Source: Spirochaetia bacterium (GTDB taxonomy: Bacteria; Spirochaetota; Spirochaetia; SZUA-6; Bin103). Taken from it: DNA of 64,000 nt. Positions 55,400-64,000 of this stretch are shown one piece after another. The position numbers and the translations under genes are program-made. The stretch's first letter is position 1. Each line of letters starts with the position of its first letter. The notes under the pieces are model-generated. The model worked only from the letters and a program-made list of their open reading frames with translations. It made no database searches and was not told the origin of the DNA. Where the stretch lies: assembly GCA_965199955.1 (NCBI GenBank), contig CBDATQ010000001.1:1419897-1483896 (forward strand), read 5' to 3'.

Positions 55400-56836
55400 A
55401 TGGCGACAATCAAAGGGGTGATCATCGATCAGACGAGCGGCCAACCCGCCGCCTGCACCGTGCACGTGCTGTCATCGAACGGGGCGTTCATCCACCCGGA
55501 CGGGGCGGTCCTCAAGGTGGGACCCGGCACCCCGGCGTTCTACTGCGACGGCTCGTTCGAGGTCACGGTCCCGACCGGCGGCGTACGGGTGCTGGTCGAG
55601 CGCGGCACCGAGTACGTGCCGCTGAAACGCAACCTTACCGTCACCGAGACGCAGACCGTCGACCTGGAGCTGCCGCTGCAGCGGTGGAGCCATCTGACCG
55701 AGCAGGGCTGGTACCCGGGCAACACCCATATCCACTACGACGAGAAGGAGCAGCAGCGCGACGGCCGGCTGGCGCTGGAGGGCCACGTGCACGACTTCTC
55801 GGTCACGGTGGTCAGCGTGCTGCGGCGCTGGGAACTCGACTACGCCAGCAACCACTTTCCGATCGGGGTGATGACCGACCTGAGCACCTCCCATCACGTC
55901 GTCGACATCGGCGAGGAGAACCGCCACAACTTCCACGGCGGGGAGATCGGCTACGGCCACGTGATGTTCCTGCGCATCCGCAACCTGGTGGAGCCGGTCA
56001 GCCGCGGCATGCTGGTCGACAACCTCGACCCCGACTACCCGCCGATCTGTCACGCCTGCGACGACGCGCGCGACCAGGACGGCATCGTCCTCTGGTGCCA
56101 CAACGGCCGCGGCCTGGAGGCGCCGGTCGCCGCCGCCTTGGGCAAGCTGGACGGCTTCAACCTGTTCGATCCGTTCTGGATGGACCCCGAGTACGAGATC
56201 TGGTACCGGCTGCTGAACTGCGGCATCCCGCTGCCGGCCAGCACCGGCTCGGACTGGTTCGTCTGCTCCAACAACCGCGTCTACGTCGACACCGGCGGCC
56301 AGGGTTTCGACTACGACCGCTGGATCGACGGACTGAAGGCCGGCCGCACCTTCATCACCAACGGGCCGACGCTGTTCCTGCGCGCCGACGGCGCCGCTCC
56401 CGGCGACACGCTGGACGTGCAACCCGACCGGGAGCTGGAGGTGGAGGTGGAGCTCAAGAGCCATCACCGCGTCGACCGCATTGAGCTGGTATGCAACGGC
56501 GCGGTGGTCAAACGCTGGCACCGGCCGGCCGGCGTCGCCGCCGAGACGATCCGCGAGCGGTTCGCCCCGCCGGGCGACGGCTGGGTCGCGGCGCGCTGCT
56601 ACAGCCACGTGCGCGACAGCTACGACCAGGAGATCTTCGCCCACACCAGTCCGATCTACCTGCGCTGCGGCACGCCGAACCGGGCCGCGAAGCCCGACGC
56701 CGCGTACTTCGTCGACGGGATCGACGTGGCGCTGAACCAATGGGTGAGCCACAAGCTGCGCTATGGCTCGGACCGCCAGCGCGAGGACGTGCGCGAGCTG
56801 TTCAAGCGCGGCCGCGGCTTCTTCGAGGGAGTGTGA
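55400..56836 (+). CDS. CehA/McbA-like metallohydrolase (PHP-type metal site) with N-terminal prealbumin-like domain
   Basis: SD AGGAGGAG; N-terminal [19 protein letters not shown] carboxypeptidase-regulatory-like strand; metal-binding NTHIHYDE and later His-rich blocks. Confidence 0.55.
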   Translation: MATIKGVIIDQTSGQPAACTVHVLSSNGAFIHPDGAVLKVGPGTPAFYCDGSFEVTVPTGGVRVLVERGTEYVPLKRNLTVTETQTVDLELPLQRWSHLTEQGWYPGNTHIHYDEKEQQRDGRLALEGHVHDFSVTVVSVLRRWELDYASNHFPIGVMTDLSTSHHVVDIGEENRHNFHGGEIGYGHVMFLRIRNLVEPVSRGMLVDNLDPDYPPICHACDDARDQDGIVLWCHNGRGLEAPVAAALGKLDGFNLFDPFWMDPEYEIWYRLLNCGIPLPASTGSDWFVCSNNRVYVDTGGQGFDYDRWIDGLKAGRTFITNGPTLFLRADGAAPGDTLDVQPDRELEVEVELKSHHRVDRIELVCNGAVVKRWHRPAGVAAETIRERFAPPGDGWVAARCYSHVRDSYDQEIFAHTSPIYLRCGTPNRAAKPDAAYFVDGIDVALNQWVSHKLRYGSDRQREDVRELFKRGRGFFEGV

Positions 56837-56838
56837 CG

Positions 56839-58494
56839 ATGGCGGGAGAGAAGCCGCGCGGGCGGCTGGCGCGGAACTACCGGCTGACCTGGGTCGACGA
56901 CTCAGGGTTCACGGCGAGCGTGATCAATCCGCCGGTGAGCCCGGCGCGGCTGGCCCACCTGACGGTGGGCGGGCTGGCCGGCACGCCGGTGGATGCGTTC
57001 GTGGCCACCGTCGGCCAGTGTGCCGGCTACACGCTGTCCTATCCGACGAAGGTGGAAGGCATGGAGTTCCTGGTCGACCGCCTGAACGCGGGCGCCGCGC
57101 TGGGCGGCGGCGTTCAGTGGCGGAGCGCGGAGAACCTGCGCCGGCTGTGGGCCGACGGCCACGACCCCGTGCGCATCGTGATGGACGAGGCGCACCGGCT
57201 GGGCATGGACTTCTGGCTGCAGCTCCGCATGAACGACTGGCACCACGTCGACAGCGAGGGCAAGGTCTACCGGCTGATCGGCAGCGACTACTACGAGAGC
57301 CACCCCGAGCTGCTGATCGGCGCGGAGGGCGTGGCCGGCTGGCCGGAGTCGCTGCAGGAGTCGCTGGCCTGGTTCCAGGATTTCGCCCACGAGAAGGTGC
57401 GCCGCATCCGCCTGGACACCGCCACCGAAGCGATCGAGCGCTACGACGCCGAGGGCTGGGAATACGACTTCATGCGCTGCCCGGGACTGTTCGCGTACGG
57501 CCGGGAGCGCGCCAACGCCCACTTGGTCACGGAGCTGATCCGCGACACGTGGCGGATGCTGGACGAGGTCGGCCGCGCGCGCGGCAAGACGCTGGGCCTG
57601 TCGGTACGCGTGCCCAACACCATTGCCGGGGCCACCATGCTCGGCCTGGACGTCGAGGAATGGGTCGCCGACCACTTGGTCGACATCGTCGTGCCGTCGA
57701 CCTTCTTCGCCCAGGACACGGAGGAGGACATGCGCGAGTGGGTGAAGCTGGCGGCCGGCACGCCGGTGCTGGTCCATCCCGCGATCGAGGAGGGCTTCAT
57801 CACCGGCAAGCGCACCGGCTACGGCATCCCCTACTACCAGGTGCAGTCCGACCCGATGCAGGCGATGACCGTGGAGATGATCCGGGGTATCGCGGCCCGC
57901 CACCACGCCGCCGGCGTGCACGGCCTGTACCTGTTCAACTATCAAGGCACCTGGACGACCTACGGGTACGACAACAGCCCCGCGCTCGACGACATGGCTT
58001 CGCCGCTGCGGCTGCGCTTCAAGGACAAGCGCTACGTCGTGATGCGCCGCAACGGCTCGTTCCCGAACTGCTTCCCTCAGGAGCGCCGGATTCCGGTCGA
58101 GCTGGGGCCCGGACCGGTCGAGATCGACATCGAGATCGCCGACGACTTCGCCGACGCCGGCGCTCGGCTGCGCTCCGTTCACCTGAAGCTGCTGCTGGTC
58201 GAGCCGTGCCACGAGGACCGGCTGGAGGTGCGCCTGAACGGCGGCGAGCCGCTGCCGATCGCCAACCCCATGGCCGCCGGCCGGGCCGCGCCTTTCGAGC
58301 GCGCATGGGCGGTGTTCGACCTCACGCCGTCCCCGCCCCGTGTCGGCGTCAACCGGATCAGCGTGCGGGTGGAGCGCCACCCGCGCCTGGCCAAGGAGTT
58401 GCCGCTGGTGCTCAGCGACATGGAGATCGACGTCTCCTACCGCTACCCGAACGGCCCCTGGATCCCGCCCCCCGGCTTCAAGCCGCGGACGTAG
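56839..58494 (+). CDS. GHL10-like (glycoside-hydrolase-like family 10 / DUF187-type TIM barrel) protein, paralog 1
   Basis: 551 aa; motifs EAHRLGMDFWLQLRMNDWHH, EGWEYDFMRCP, VDIVVPSTF; starts 3 nt after the stop of the CehA-like gene. Confidence 0.5.
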   Translation: MAGEKPRGRLARNYRLTWVDDSGFTASVINPPVSPARLAHLTVGGLAGTPVDAFVATVGQCAGYTLSYPTKVEGMEFLVDRLNAGAALGGGVQWRSAENLRRLWADGHDPVRIVMDEAHRLGMDFWLQLRMNDWHHVDSEGKVYRLIGSDYYESHPELLIGAEGVAGWPESLQESLAWFQDFAHEKVRRIRLDTATEAIERYDAEGWEYDFMRCPGLFAYGRERANAHLVTELIRDTWRMLDEVGRARGKTLGLSVRVPNTIAGATMLGLDVEEWVADHLVDIVVPSTFFAQDTEEDMREWVKLAAGTPVLVHPAIEEGFITGKRTGYGIPYYQVQSDPMQAMTVEMIRGIAARHHAAGVHGLYLFNYQGTWTTYGYDNSPALDDMASPLRLRFKDKRYVVMRRNGSFPNCFPQERRIPVELGPGPVEIDIEIADDFADAGARLRSVHLKLLLVEPCHEDRLEVRLNGGEPLPIANPMAAGRAAPFERAWAVFDLTPSPPRVGVNRISVRVERHPRLAKELPLVLSDMEIDVSYRYPNGPWIPPPGFKPRT

Positions 58495-58502
58495 GAGGAC
58501 AC

Positions 58503-58542
58503 GTGAACCAGAAGATCCGGCAGTGAACCAGAAGATCCGGCA
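58503..58542 (+). repeat. perfect tandem duplication of a 20-bp unit gtgaaccagaagatccggca (2 copies)
   Basis: read directly from the sequence, 8 nt after the stop of the GHL10-like gene. Confidence 0.9.
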
Positions 58543-58702
58543 GGGGCTGGGGCAACCGTCAGCCGGACACGTGACTCCGCCGAGGACCAGGCCTCATCAC
58601 TTCGGAGTTCGGCCCGGAGTGGACCTCGACAGCTCAACCAACTGGCCGACGAGTTGGAGGCGGAAGCGTTCGTCGCGCGCTACAACGGGAAGACCGGACT
58701 CG

Positions 58703-58948
58703 GTTGATCCCAACCTCCTCATCCATGCTCACAATGCGACTCGCCGGCGCACGATGCGGCTCGGCGCAGGCAACCTCACCACGGACGCTCACCTGGCCGC
58801 CCTGGCGATCGGCCGAGGGTACGAACTGCACAGCACGGACACGGACTACGCCCGGTTTCCGGCGCCTGAAGTGGCGGTTCGGTCCGGCGGCGGCGGAGCG
58901 GTTGTCGGCGGTGCTCGCCGGCGTGACCGACGCGGATCGCCTCGCTGA
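58703..58948 (+). pseudogene. VapC-like PIN-domain toxin remnant with internal deletion
   Basis: the N-terminal PIN motif VDPNLLIHAHNA is joined almost directly to the C-terminal motif NLTTDAHLAALAIGRGYELHSTDTDYARFP; the central ~70 aa of a normal VapC are absent. Confidence 0.4.
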
Positions 58949-58975
58949 AGCGGGCGAGTGGATCGTGGACTGCGC

Positions 58976-59201
58976 TACGACTGCCGATTTCCTGGCCCGC
59001 GTGAGCGGCGCCGGCGCGTAGCCCCAGCGGCGATGCACGCATGAATGTCCTCGGCCGTCAGATCAGGGTAGTAGTCACGAGTGATCTGACTGAACGGAAG
59101 GCCCTCATCGACCAGTGCGAGGACGTCGTGCACCGTAATGCGCGTCCCGGCGACGCACGGTTGCCGAAGTGCACCGTGGAGTCGACGGCGATACGGTCCA
59201 T
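58976..59201 (-). pseudogene. DUF433-family small protein (antitoxin-like), disrupted by a 1-nt frameshift
   Basis: MDRIAVDSTVHFG (frame 0), then after a shift PCVAGTRITVHDVLALVDEGLPFSQITRDYYPDLTAEDIHACIAAGA, matching the DUF433 consensus (GKPCIRGTRIPV...ILEDYPQLTKEDI.AA.AYA); below the 60-aa ORF-track cutoff. Confidence 0.5.
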
Positions 59202-59215
59202 CTCGGCGGGGCGCA

Positions 59216-60244
59216 CTACGCTTCGCCGAGCAGTTCCCGCTCGCCCTTCAGGTGTAACTCGTCGGCGAAGTGGCAGGCGGAGAGGTGCCCGTCGCCGCCG
59301 ACCGGCGCGAGAGGGGGCAGTTCCTGCTCGCAGATCGGCTGCCGGTACGGGCAGCGCGTGTGGAACGGGCAGCCGCTCGGCACCTTCGCGACCTCGGGTA
59401 TCTCTCCTTCCAGGATGATGCGCTCCAGCGGGCGGTGCGGATTGGGCTGCGGGATGCCGGAGAAGAGCGCCTCCGTGTAGGGGTGCTTGGGGCGCAGGAA
59501 GATCTCGCGGCGCTCTCCCACCTCCACGAAGTGGCCGAGGTACATCACCGCGACGCGGTCGGTCATGTGCCGGATCACGCTGAGGTCGTGCGTGACGAAC
59601 AGCACGGTGAGGTGCAGATCGCGCTGCAGGTCCAGGAGCAGGTTGAGGATCTGCGCCTGCACGGAGACGTCCAGCGCGGAGGTAGGCTCGTCGGCCAGCA
59701 GCAGTTGCGGGTCGAGCGCCAGCGCGCGCGCCACGCCGATGCGCTGCCGCTGGCCGCCGGAGAAGGCGTAGGGGTAGCGGTTGAGCTGCTCCGGCTGCAG
59801 TCCCACTATGCGCATGAGCCGCTTCACCGCGTCGTCGAGCTCGCCGCCTTTCACGCCGCCGTTCACCATCAGCGGCTCGCCGATGATCCGGCGCACGGTC
59901 ATGCGCGGATTGAGGGACGACTCCGGGTCCTGGAAGACCACGCGGATCCTGCGCCGCACGGCCTTGAGCGCATCGCGGTCGGCCGTCACGACGTCGATCG
60001 GTTCGGCGTCGTGGGGACGGAACACGATGTGGCCGTCGGTGGGCTCCACGGCACGAACCAGCAGCCGCAGCACCGTGGTCTTGCCGGACCCGCTCTCGCC
60101 GACCAGGCCCAGCGTCTCGCCGCGCTGCACCTGGAAGCTCACGTCGTCCACCGCGCGGATCCAGCCCACAGTGTGCTTGAGGATCCCGCGCTTGATCGGA
60201 AAGTATTTCTTCAGGCCGCGGACGGTGAGGACGTCCGGTGCCAT
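59216..60244 (-). CDS. ABC ATPase, OppF-like, with no cognate permease or solute-binding-protein gene adjacent
   Basis: Walker A GESGSGKTT, signature FSGGQRQRIGVARAL, Walker B LLADEPTSALD; C-terminal Cys/His extension. Confidence 0.85.
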   Translation of the reverse strand: MAPDVLTVRGLKKYFPIKRGILKHTVGWIRAVDDVSFQVQRGETLGLVGESGSGKTTVLRLLVRAVEPTDGHIVFRPHDAEPIDVVTADRDALKAVRRRIRVVFQDPESSLNPRMTVRRIIGEPLMVNGGVKGGELDDAVKRLMRIVGLQPEQLNRYPYAFSGGQRQRIGVARALALDPQLLLADEPTSALDVSVQAQILNLLLDLQRDLHLTVLFVTHDLSVIRHMTDRVAVMYLGHFVEVGERREIFLRPKHPYTEALFSGIPQPNPHRPLERIILEGEIPEVAKVPSGCPFHTRCPYRQPICEQELPPLAPVGGDGHLSACHFADELHLKGERELLGEA

Positions 60245-60263
60245 TTCGGCGGAGCCGTTGGGG

Positions 60264-61376
60264 TCAGCCAGGGGTCGCCTCCCCGGCGAGCTCCGCCTCC
60301 GGGACGGCGGACTCGACCACCTCGTTTCCCTCGTAGAGGAAGCAGCGCACCGTGTGGCCGCTGTCGGTGCGGTACAGCGGCGGGAGCTGCGCGTCGCAGG
60401 TGCCGGCGATGAACTCCGCGCAGCGGTTGCTGAACGGACACCCGCGCGGCCGGCTGTAGGGGTCGGGCACCGACCCCTCGATCGCCTCCAGGCGGCTCTT
60501 GGGCTCGACGCCGATACCGGGGATGGAGGCGAGCAGCGCCCGCGTGTAGGGGTGCTTGGGCTCGTCGAAGATGGCCACGACCTCGCCCTGCTCGACGACC
60601 GTGCCCAGGTACATCACCACCACCTCGTCCGCGAGCTCGGCGATGACGCCCATGTTGTGGGTGATGAAGATCATCGACATGCGGTTGGCGTCGTGCAGCG
60701 TGCGCAGCAGGTCGAGCACCTTGGCCTGGATGGTGACGTCGATCGCCGTGGTCGGCTCGTCCGCCATCAGCAGGCGCGGGTTCCCGGCCAGCGCCATGGC
60801 GACCAGCACGCGCTGCCGCATGCCGCCGGACAGCTCGAAGATGTAGGAGTCGATCAGGGTGCGCGGGGAGGGGATGCCGACCTCGGCCAGCAGGTCCACG
60901 CAGCGGTCGCGGCCGGTCTCCTTGGTGAGGCTCTCGTCGTACAGGCAGAGCGCCTCGACGATCTGGCTGCCGACCGTGTGCACGGGGCTGAGCGCGCTCA
61001 TCGGCTCCTGGAAGATCATGGCGATCTCCCGGCCGCGGATCGAGCGGAACTCCTCGCTCTGCGGGTCGAGCTGCGCCAGGTCCATGACGCCGGCGGTGTC
61101 GCTGGCCGCGGTGGTGGACGCGCCGTGGAAGCGGATGCTGCCGGCGACGACGCGGCCCGGCGGCGGGATGATGCCGAGGATGGAACGCGCCGCGACCGAC
61201 TTGCCGCAGCCGCTCTCGCCGACGATGCCGACGATGCGCTGCTCGGGCACCTGGAACGACAGGCCGTCGACGGCGCGGACCACGCCCAGGTTGGTGAAGA
61301 AGTAGGTGCGCAGCCCGGAGACCTCCAGGAGAGGCTTCCCCGCCGGACCGGCGCCGCGCGCTCCGGAATCGCTCAT
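60264..61376 (-). CDS. ABC ATPase, OppD-like, with no cognate permease or solute-binding-protein gene adjacent
   Basis: Walker A GESGCGKS, signature [15 protein letters not shown], Walker [12 protein letters not shown]; start overlaps the stop of the upstream GHL10-like gene (ATGA). Confidence 0.85.
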   Translation of the reverse strand: MSDSGARGAGPAGKPLLEVSGLRTYFFTNLGVVRAVDGLSFQVPEQRIVGIVGESGCGKSVAARSILGIIPPPGRVVAGSIRFHGASTTAASDTAGVMDLAQLDPQSEEFRSIRGREIAMIFQEPMSALSPVHTVGSQIVEALCLYDESLTKETGRDRCVDLLAEVGIPSPRTLIDSYIFELSGGMRQRVLVAMALAGNPRLLMADEPTTAIDVTIQAKVLDLLRTLHDANRMSMIFITHNMGVIAELADEVVVMYLGTVVEQGEVVAIFDEPKHPYTRALLASIPGIGVEPKSRLEAIEGSVPDPYSRPRGCPFSNRCAEFIAGTCDAQLPPLYRTDSGHTVRCFLYEGNEVVESAVPEAELAGEATPG

Positions 61377-62992
61377 GCGTCCGATTCGCGATAGCGGATG
61401 TCCGCCTCCACCTTCTCCACGACGATGCCGTTTCCGTACATGGCGGGACCGTAGGGGGCGCGCTCGCCCGAGGCGATGGAGACGCGGTTCTCGCCGACGA
61501 TCAGGTCGGCGGCCGGCAGCTCGAAGGTGATCTCCAGGAGCTTCTGCTCGGGATCCTCGACGTAGGAGGGGATGCTGCCGGCATGCGGTTGCGGCCCGCC
61601 GCCGTAGATCTGCGCGTCCTTGACCGTGGCGTCACGGCCCAGCTCGCGCAGGCGCCGTCCTCCCAGCCACACGTCGATCCGGTCCTGCGGATCGGCGGCC
61701 CACAGGATCACGCGCAGGCGCGCGTCGGCGACCGTGTCGGCCTGGACGTCGCGCCAGACGTAGAGCGGCAAGTGCACGGGCTGTCCGTGGTTGGGGAGCT
61801 CCGTCGGCAGCGGCCGGTCGTGGTTGCAGCAGTAGAAGCAGCCCTCGTCGGTCCAGGGGAAGCCGCCGCGGCGCTCGATGACGTAGGTGGCGTCGCGGCC
61901 GGTCATGGCGGCCGGCTCGCCGATCAGGAACATGGCCTCGGTGTGCTGGCCGTAGGTGCCGGCCATCACGTCGCCCTGGGAGCCCAGCTGGGTGTAGTGC
62001 TCCTCGGGCGCCGTGGGCCAGTTGAAGACGTTCACGAAGTCCACGCCCTGCGCCCAGAAGTTGGAGAAGGCGCCGAGGAAGACCTCCAGCGACGGGCTGC
62101 AGTAGCCGTCCGTGGAGTGGTGGGCGTCGTGCGTGGCGGCGATCCGGATCGGGGTGCCGGCGGCGATGCTGCGGAAGCCGGCGACGTCGATGGTGAGCGT
62201 GCGCGAGCCGATCACGAAGATGTCGACCAGCAGCTCGCGCGCCCAGGTGGCGACGTCCAGGCCGTCGACCGCGCAGCCGGCCACCGTCTCCGGCACCTTG
62301 ACGGCCAGCAGGATCGGCCTGCCGTTCCGCGCCTCCATCTCAAGACTCATCTCCCGCACGCCGCGAATGTAGGCGGTGGCGTCCTCGCGGTGCTGCCACT
62401 GGCGGCCGATCGGCAGGGTGGGCTGGTGGCGGGAGAAGTCGAGCTGCAGGCCGTCGAAGGCGTAGCGGGCCAGCAGCTCGCGGAGCACCGCCACCTTGTG
62501 CTCGCGCAGACCGGGCGAGGACAGGTCATAGAGCCCGTTCCACCACCAGCAGCGCTGCACCCAGTCGGGGTGCTCCTCCTTCAGCCAGTTCCGGCGCGCC
62601 GGGTCGGTGAGCGGCTGGCCGAGCGGCGGCTGCGCCGGGTCGACGGGCGCCACGCGGCTGTTCCAGAACACCTCCAGCCCACGCCGGCGGGTCTCCTCGA
62701 CCAGGGTGCCGACGAAGTCCACCCCCTGCTCCCGCCACCGGTTGAGGCCCGGCTCGTCGAGCAGCGGCAGCTTGTCGTTCTCGTAGAGCGCGTAGGCGTC
62801 CTCGCCGTCGCCCACGTCCCAGATGAAGCCGTCGATCTGGTTGCCTTCCAGGTCGGCGTGGTGGAAGCGCAGGTCCACGTACTCCTGCATCGGGATGCCC
62901 AGCAGGTCGATCGGAGTCATCCCGTCCATCTGGTCGAGGATGCGCCGCCGCCGACCTACCGCTGCCAAGTGCGCGTCGCTGAGCCGAATCAT
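61373..62992 (-). CDS. GHL10-like TIM-barrel protein, paralog 2 (the N-terminal start may be internal)
   Basis: 539 aa; shares blocks with 56839..58494 (RRRGLEVFWNSRV, FDGLQLDFSRHQP similar to the GHL10 DG.hLDY.RYP, GLDVATWARELLVDIFVIGS). Confidence 0.5.
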   Translation of the reverse strand: MIRLSDAHLAAVGRRRRILDQMDGMTPIDLLGIPMQEYVDLRFHHADLEGNQIDGFIWDVGDGEDAYALYENDKLPLLDEPGLNRWREQGVDFVGTLVEETRRRGLEVFWNSRVAPVDPAQPPLGQPLTDPARRNWLKEEHPDWVQRCWWWNGLYDLSSPGLREHKVAVLRELLARYAFDGLQLDFSRHQPTLPIGRQWQHREDATAYIRGVREMSLEMEARNGRPILLAVKVPETVAGCAVDGLDVATWARELLVDIFVIGSRTLTIDVAGFRSIAAGTPIRIAATHDAHHSTDGYCSPSLEVFLGAFSNFWAQGVDFVNVFNWPTAPEEHYTQLGSQGDVMAGTYGQHTEAMFLIGEPAAMTGRDATYVIERRGGFPWTDEGCFYCCNHDRPLPTELPNHGQPVHLPLYVWRDVQADTVADARLRVILWAADPQDRIDVWLGGRRLRELGRDATVKDAQIYGGGPQPHAGSIPSYVEDPEQKLLEITFELPAADLIVGENRVSIASGERAPYGPAMYGNGIVVEKVEADIRYRESDA

Positions 62993-63087
62993 GCGTTCAG
63001 CGTATGGGATTGGCGATGGATCGCAAAGACGCCCGAACGCTGCCTGATCCTCTGCTACCGGGCCGCGGGGGTTATAGTGAGCGGACG

Positions 63088-64000
63088 ATGGCGAACGTGA
63101 AGGTCGTCTACAACGAGCAGCAGAAGGCGCTGGAGCTGCTGCTGCGGACGATCGACCGGCCCGGAGATTACTGTACCGCGGACCGGTTGCTGGCGCCGAT
63201 GCCGCGCGTGGCGGTGGACGGGGCCGGTTCGCTTTCCTTTCCGGTCACCGAGGAGCAGGCGCGCGCGCTGGCCTCGGCGGGGGAGCAGGCGCCCTACGGA
63301 CGGGGCGAGGAGACGCTGGTGGACAGCTCCGTCCGCGCGTGCCGGCAGATCGACGCGGAGCGCGTGAGCATTACCGGCGGCGCGTGGGACGACACGTTGG
63401 ACAAGGTCGTCGATCGGGCGGCAACCGGCCTCGGCTGCCCGCCCGAATTCACGTCGGCGCATCTGTACAAGCTGCTGGTGTACGAGCTGGGCGGGTTCTT
63501 CGCTCCGCACCGGGATACCGAGAAGGTCGTCGGCATGGTCGCGACGCTGGTGGTGTCGCTGCCGGTGGTCGGCGCCGGCGGCGAGCTGGTCATCCGCCAC
63601 CGGCAGCGCAGCACGGTCGTCGATCTGCATACCGACGAGCCGTCCGAGCTCGCCTTCGCCGCGTTCTACGCCGACTGCGTCCACGGTAGCCGGCCGGTGA
63701 CGGCCGGCTACCGTATCGTGCTGGTCTACCATCTGGTCGTGCGGGGCGCCGCTGCCGCCGTACTGCAGGCCGCGCCTGACTTCGACGCGCAGGAGGAACA
63801 GGTCGCGGACCAGCTCCGGGCGTGGGAAGCGAGCTCGTCGGCGGGCGACAAGCTGGTCTGGCTCCTGGAACACCAGTACAGCCAGGACGGCCTGTCGTTC
63901 GACGTGCTGAAGAACGCCGACTCGGCGCTGGGCCGGGTCCTCGCCCGCGCCGCGCAACGGGCGAATCACGCGCTGTACGCGGCCATCCTCAGCATCTACG
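63088..64000 (+). CDS. 2OG-Fe(II) oxygenase superfamily protein, 3' end outside the window
   Basis: ATG at 63088 with high-GC3 coding through the window end (absent from the ORF track because there is no in-window stop); HxD motif FFAPHRDTEK and distal His/Arg CVHGS...GYRIVLVY. Confidence 0.6.
   Translation, partial: MANVKVVYNEQQKALELLLRTIDRPGDYCTADRLLAPMPRVAVDGAGSLSFPVTEEQARALASAGEQAPYGRGEETLVDSSVRACRQIDAERVSITGGAWDDTLDKVVDRAATGLGCPPEFTSAHLYKLLVYELGGFFAPHRDTEKVVGMVATLVVSLPVVGAGGELVIRHRQRSTVVDLHTDEPSELAFAAFYADCVHGSRPVTAGYRIVLVYHLVVRGAAAAVLQAAPDFDAQEEQVADQLRAWEASSSAGDKLVWLLEHQYSQDGLSFDVLKNADSALGRVLARAAQRANHALYAAILSIY

Noticed and set aside
58704-59021. 105-aa plus-strand ORF with C-terminal ...RLSAVLAGVTDADRLAEAGEWIVDCATTADFLARVSGAGA
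   Set aside because: The 5' part overlaps the VapC remnant in another frame. The C-terminal 45 aa vaguely resemble tails of Rpn/DUF4351-type proteins, but this is too weak to call. It is probably non-coding or a further remnant.
59041-59418. 125-aa plus-strand ORF (MNVLGRQIRVVVTSDL...)
   Set aside because: It is antisense to the DUF433 remnant and the OppF-like 3' end, has a low-complexity tail and no SD. It is regarded as a shadow ORF.
1-64000. CRISPR arrays, tRNA/rRNA genes, IS elements or integrases
   Set aside because: Apart from the single 2x20-bp tandem duplication at 58503-58542 and a few short palindromes, I found no regularly spaced repeats, no tRNA-like cloverleaf signatures (for example GGTTCGAATCC-type T-arms), no rRNA-like conserved stretches and no transposase or integrase-like ORFs.

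Overview
Content: This is a 64-kb, high-GC (about 70% GC, strong GC3 bias) bacterial chromosomal segment of mainly accessory character. I cannot assign the taxon from sequence; the short-form LeuA-family synthase / LeuCD / dehydrogenase cluster and the codon bias fit several high-GC phyla. Method: I chose frames by protein-like composition, GC3 and recognisable motifs, and I reject many long R/P/G/A-rich ORFs as antisense or out-of-frame shadows. Gene order from the 5' end: thrB (partial) and thrC; a decayed FGGY-type sugar kinase; a PhyH dioxygenase, M14 carboxypeptidase and Eis-like GNAT acetyltransferase in a stop/start-overlapped operon; a coiled-coil hypothetical; a 595-aa hypothetical; a HigB/HigA-like toxin-antitoxin pair. 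A large glycan-utilisation island follows: LplA-type solute-binding protein, a beta-helix protein, a frameshifted GH95, two LplB/C permeases, three GH32 enzymes, and three paralogous 650-700 aa proteins of unknown family (two are a recent tandem duplicate). Next come two tandem PhyH dioxygenases; a Kelch propeller divergent from an ABC exporter whose stop overlaps the start of a cytoplasmic sulfatase with a non-canonical active-site motif; a class-III aminotransferase with HyuA/HyuB (lactamase/oxoprolinase-like); a NodB deacetylase with a complete Dpp-type peptide ABC transporter; and a small gene graveyard (argG fragment, truncated NUDIX, coiled-coil remnant). The last block is a short-form LeuA-family synthase / LeuCD-like / dehydrogenase cluster whose last gene overlaps a secreted FG-GAP protein, a divergent CehA/McbA-like metallohydrolase plus GHL10-like gene, a toxin-antitoxin decay zone (20-bp tandem duplication, VapC remnant, frameshifted DUF433), orphan OppD/OppF-like ATPases coupled to a second GHL10-like paralog, and a partial 2OG-Fe(II) oxygenase at the 3' edge. 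I found no rRNA, tRNA or CRISPR array. Most novel: the triplicated unknown protein family embedded among GH32 genes, and the PhyH-M14-GNAT coupled operon.
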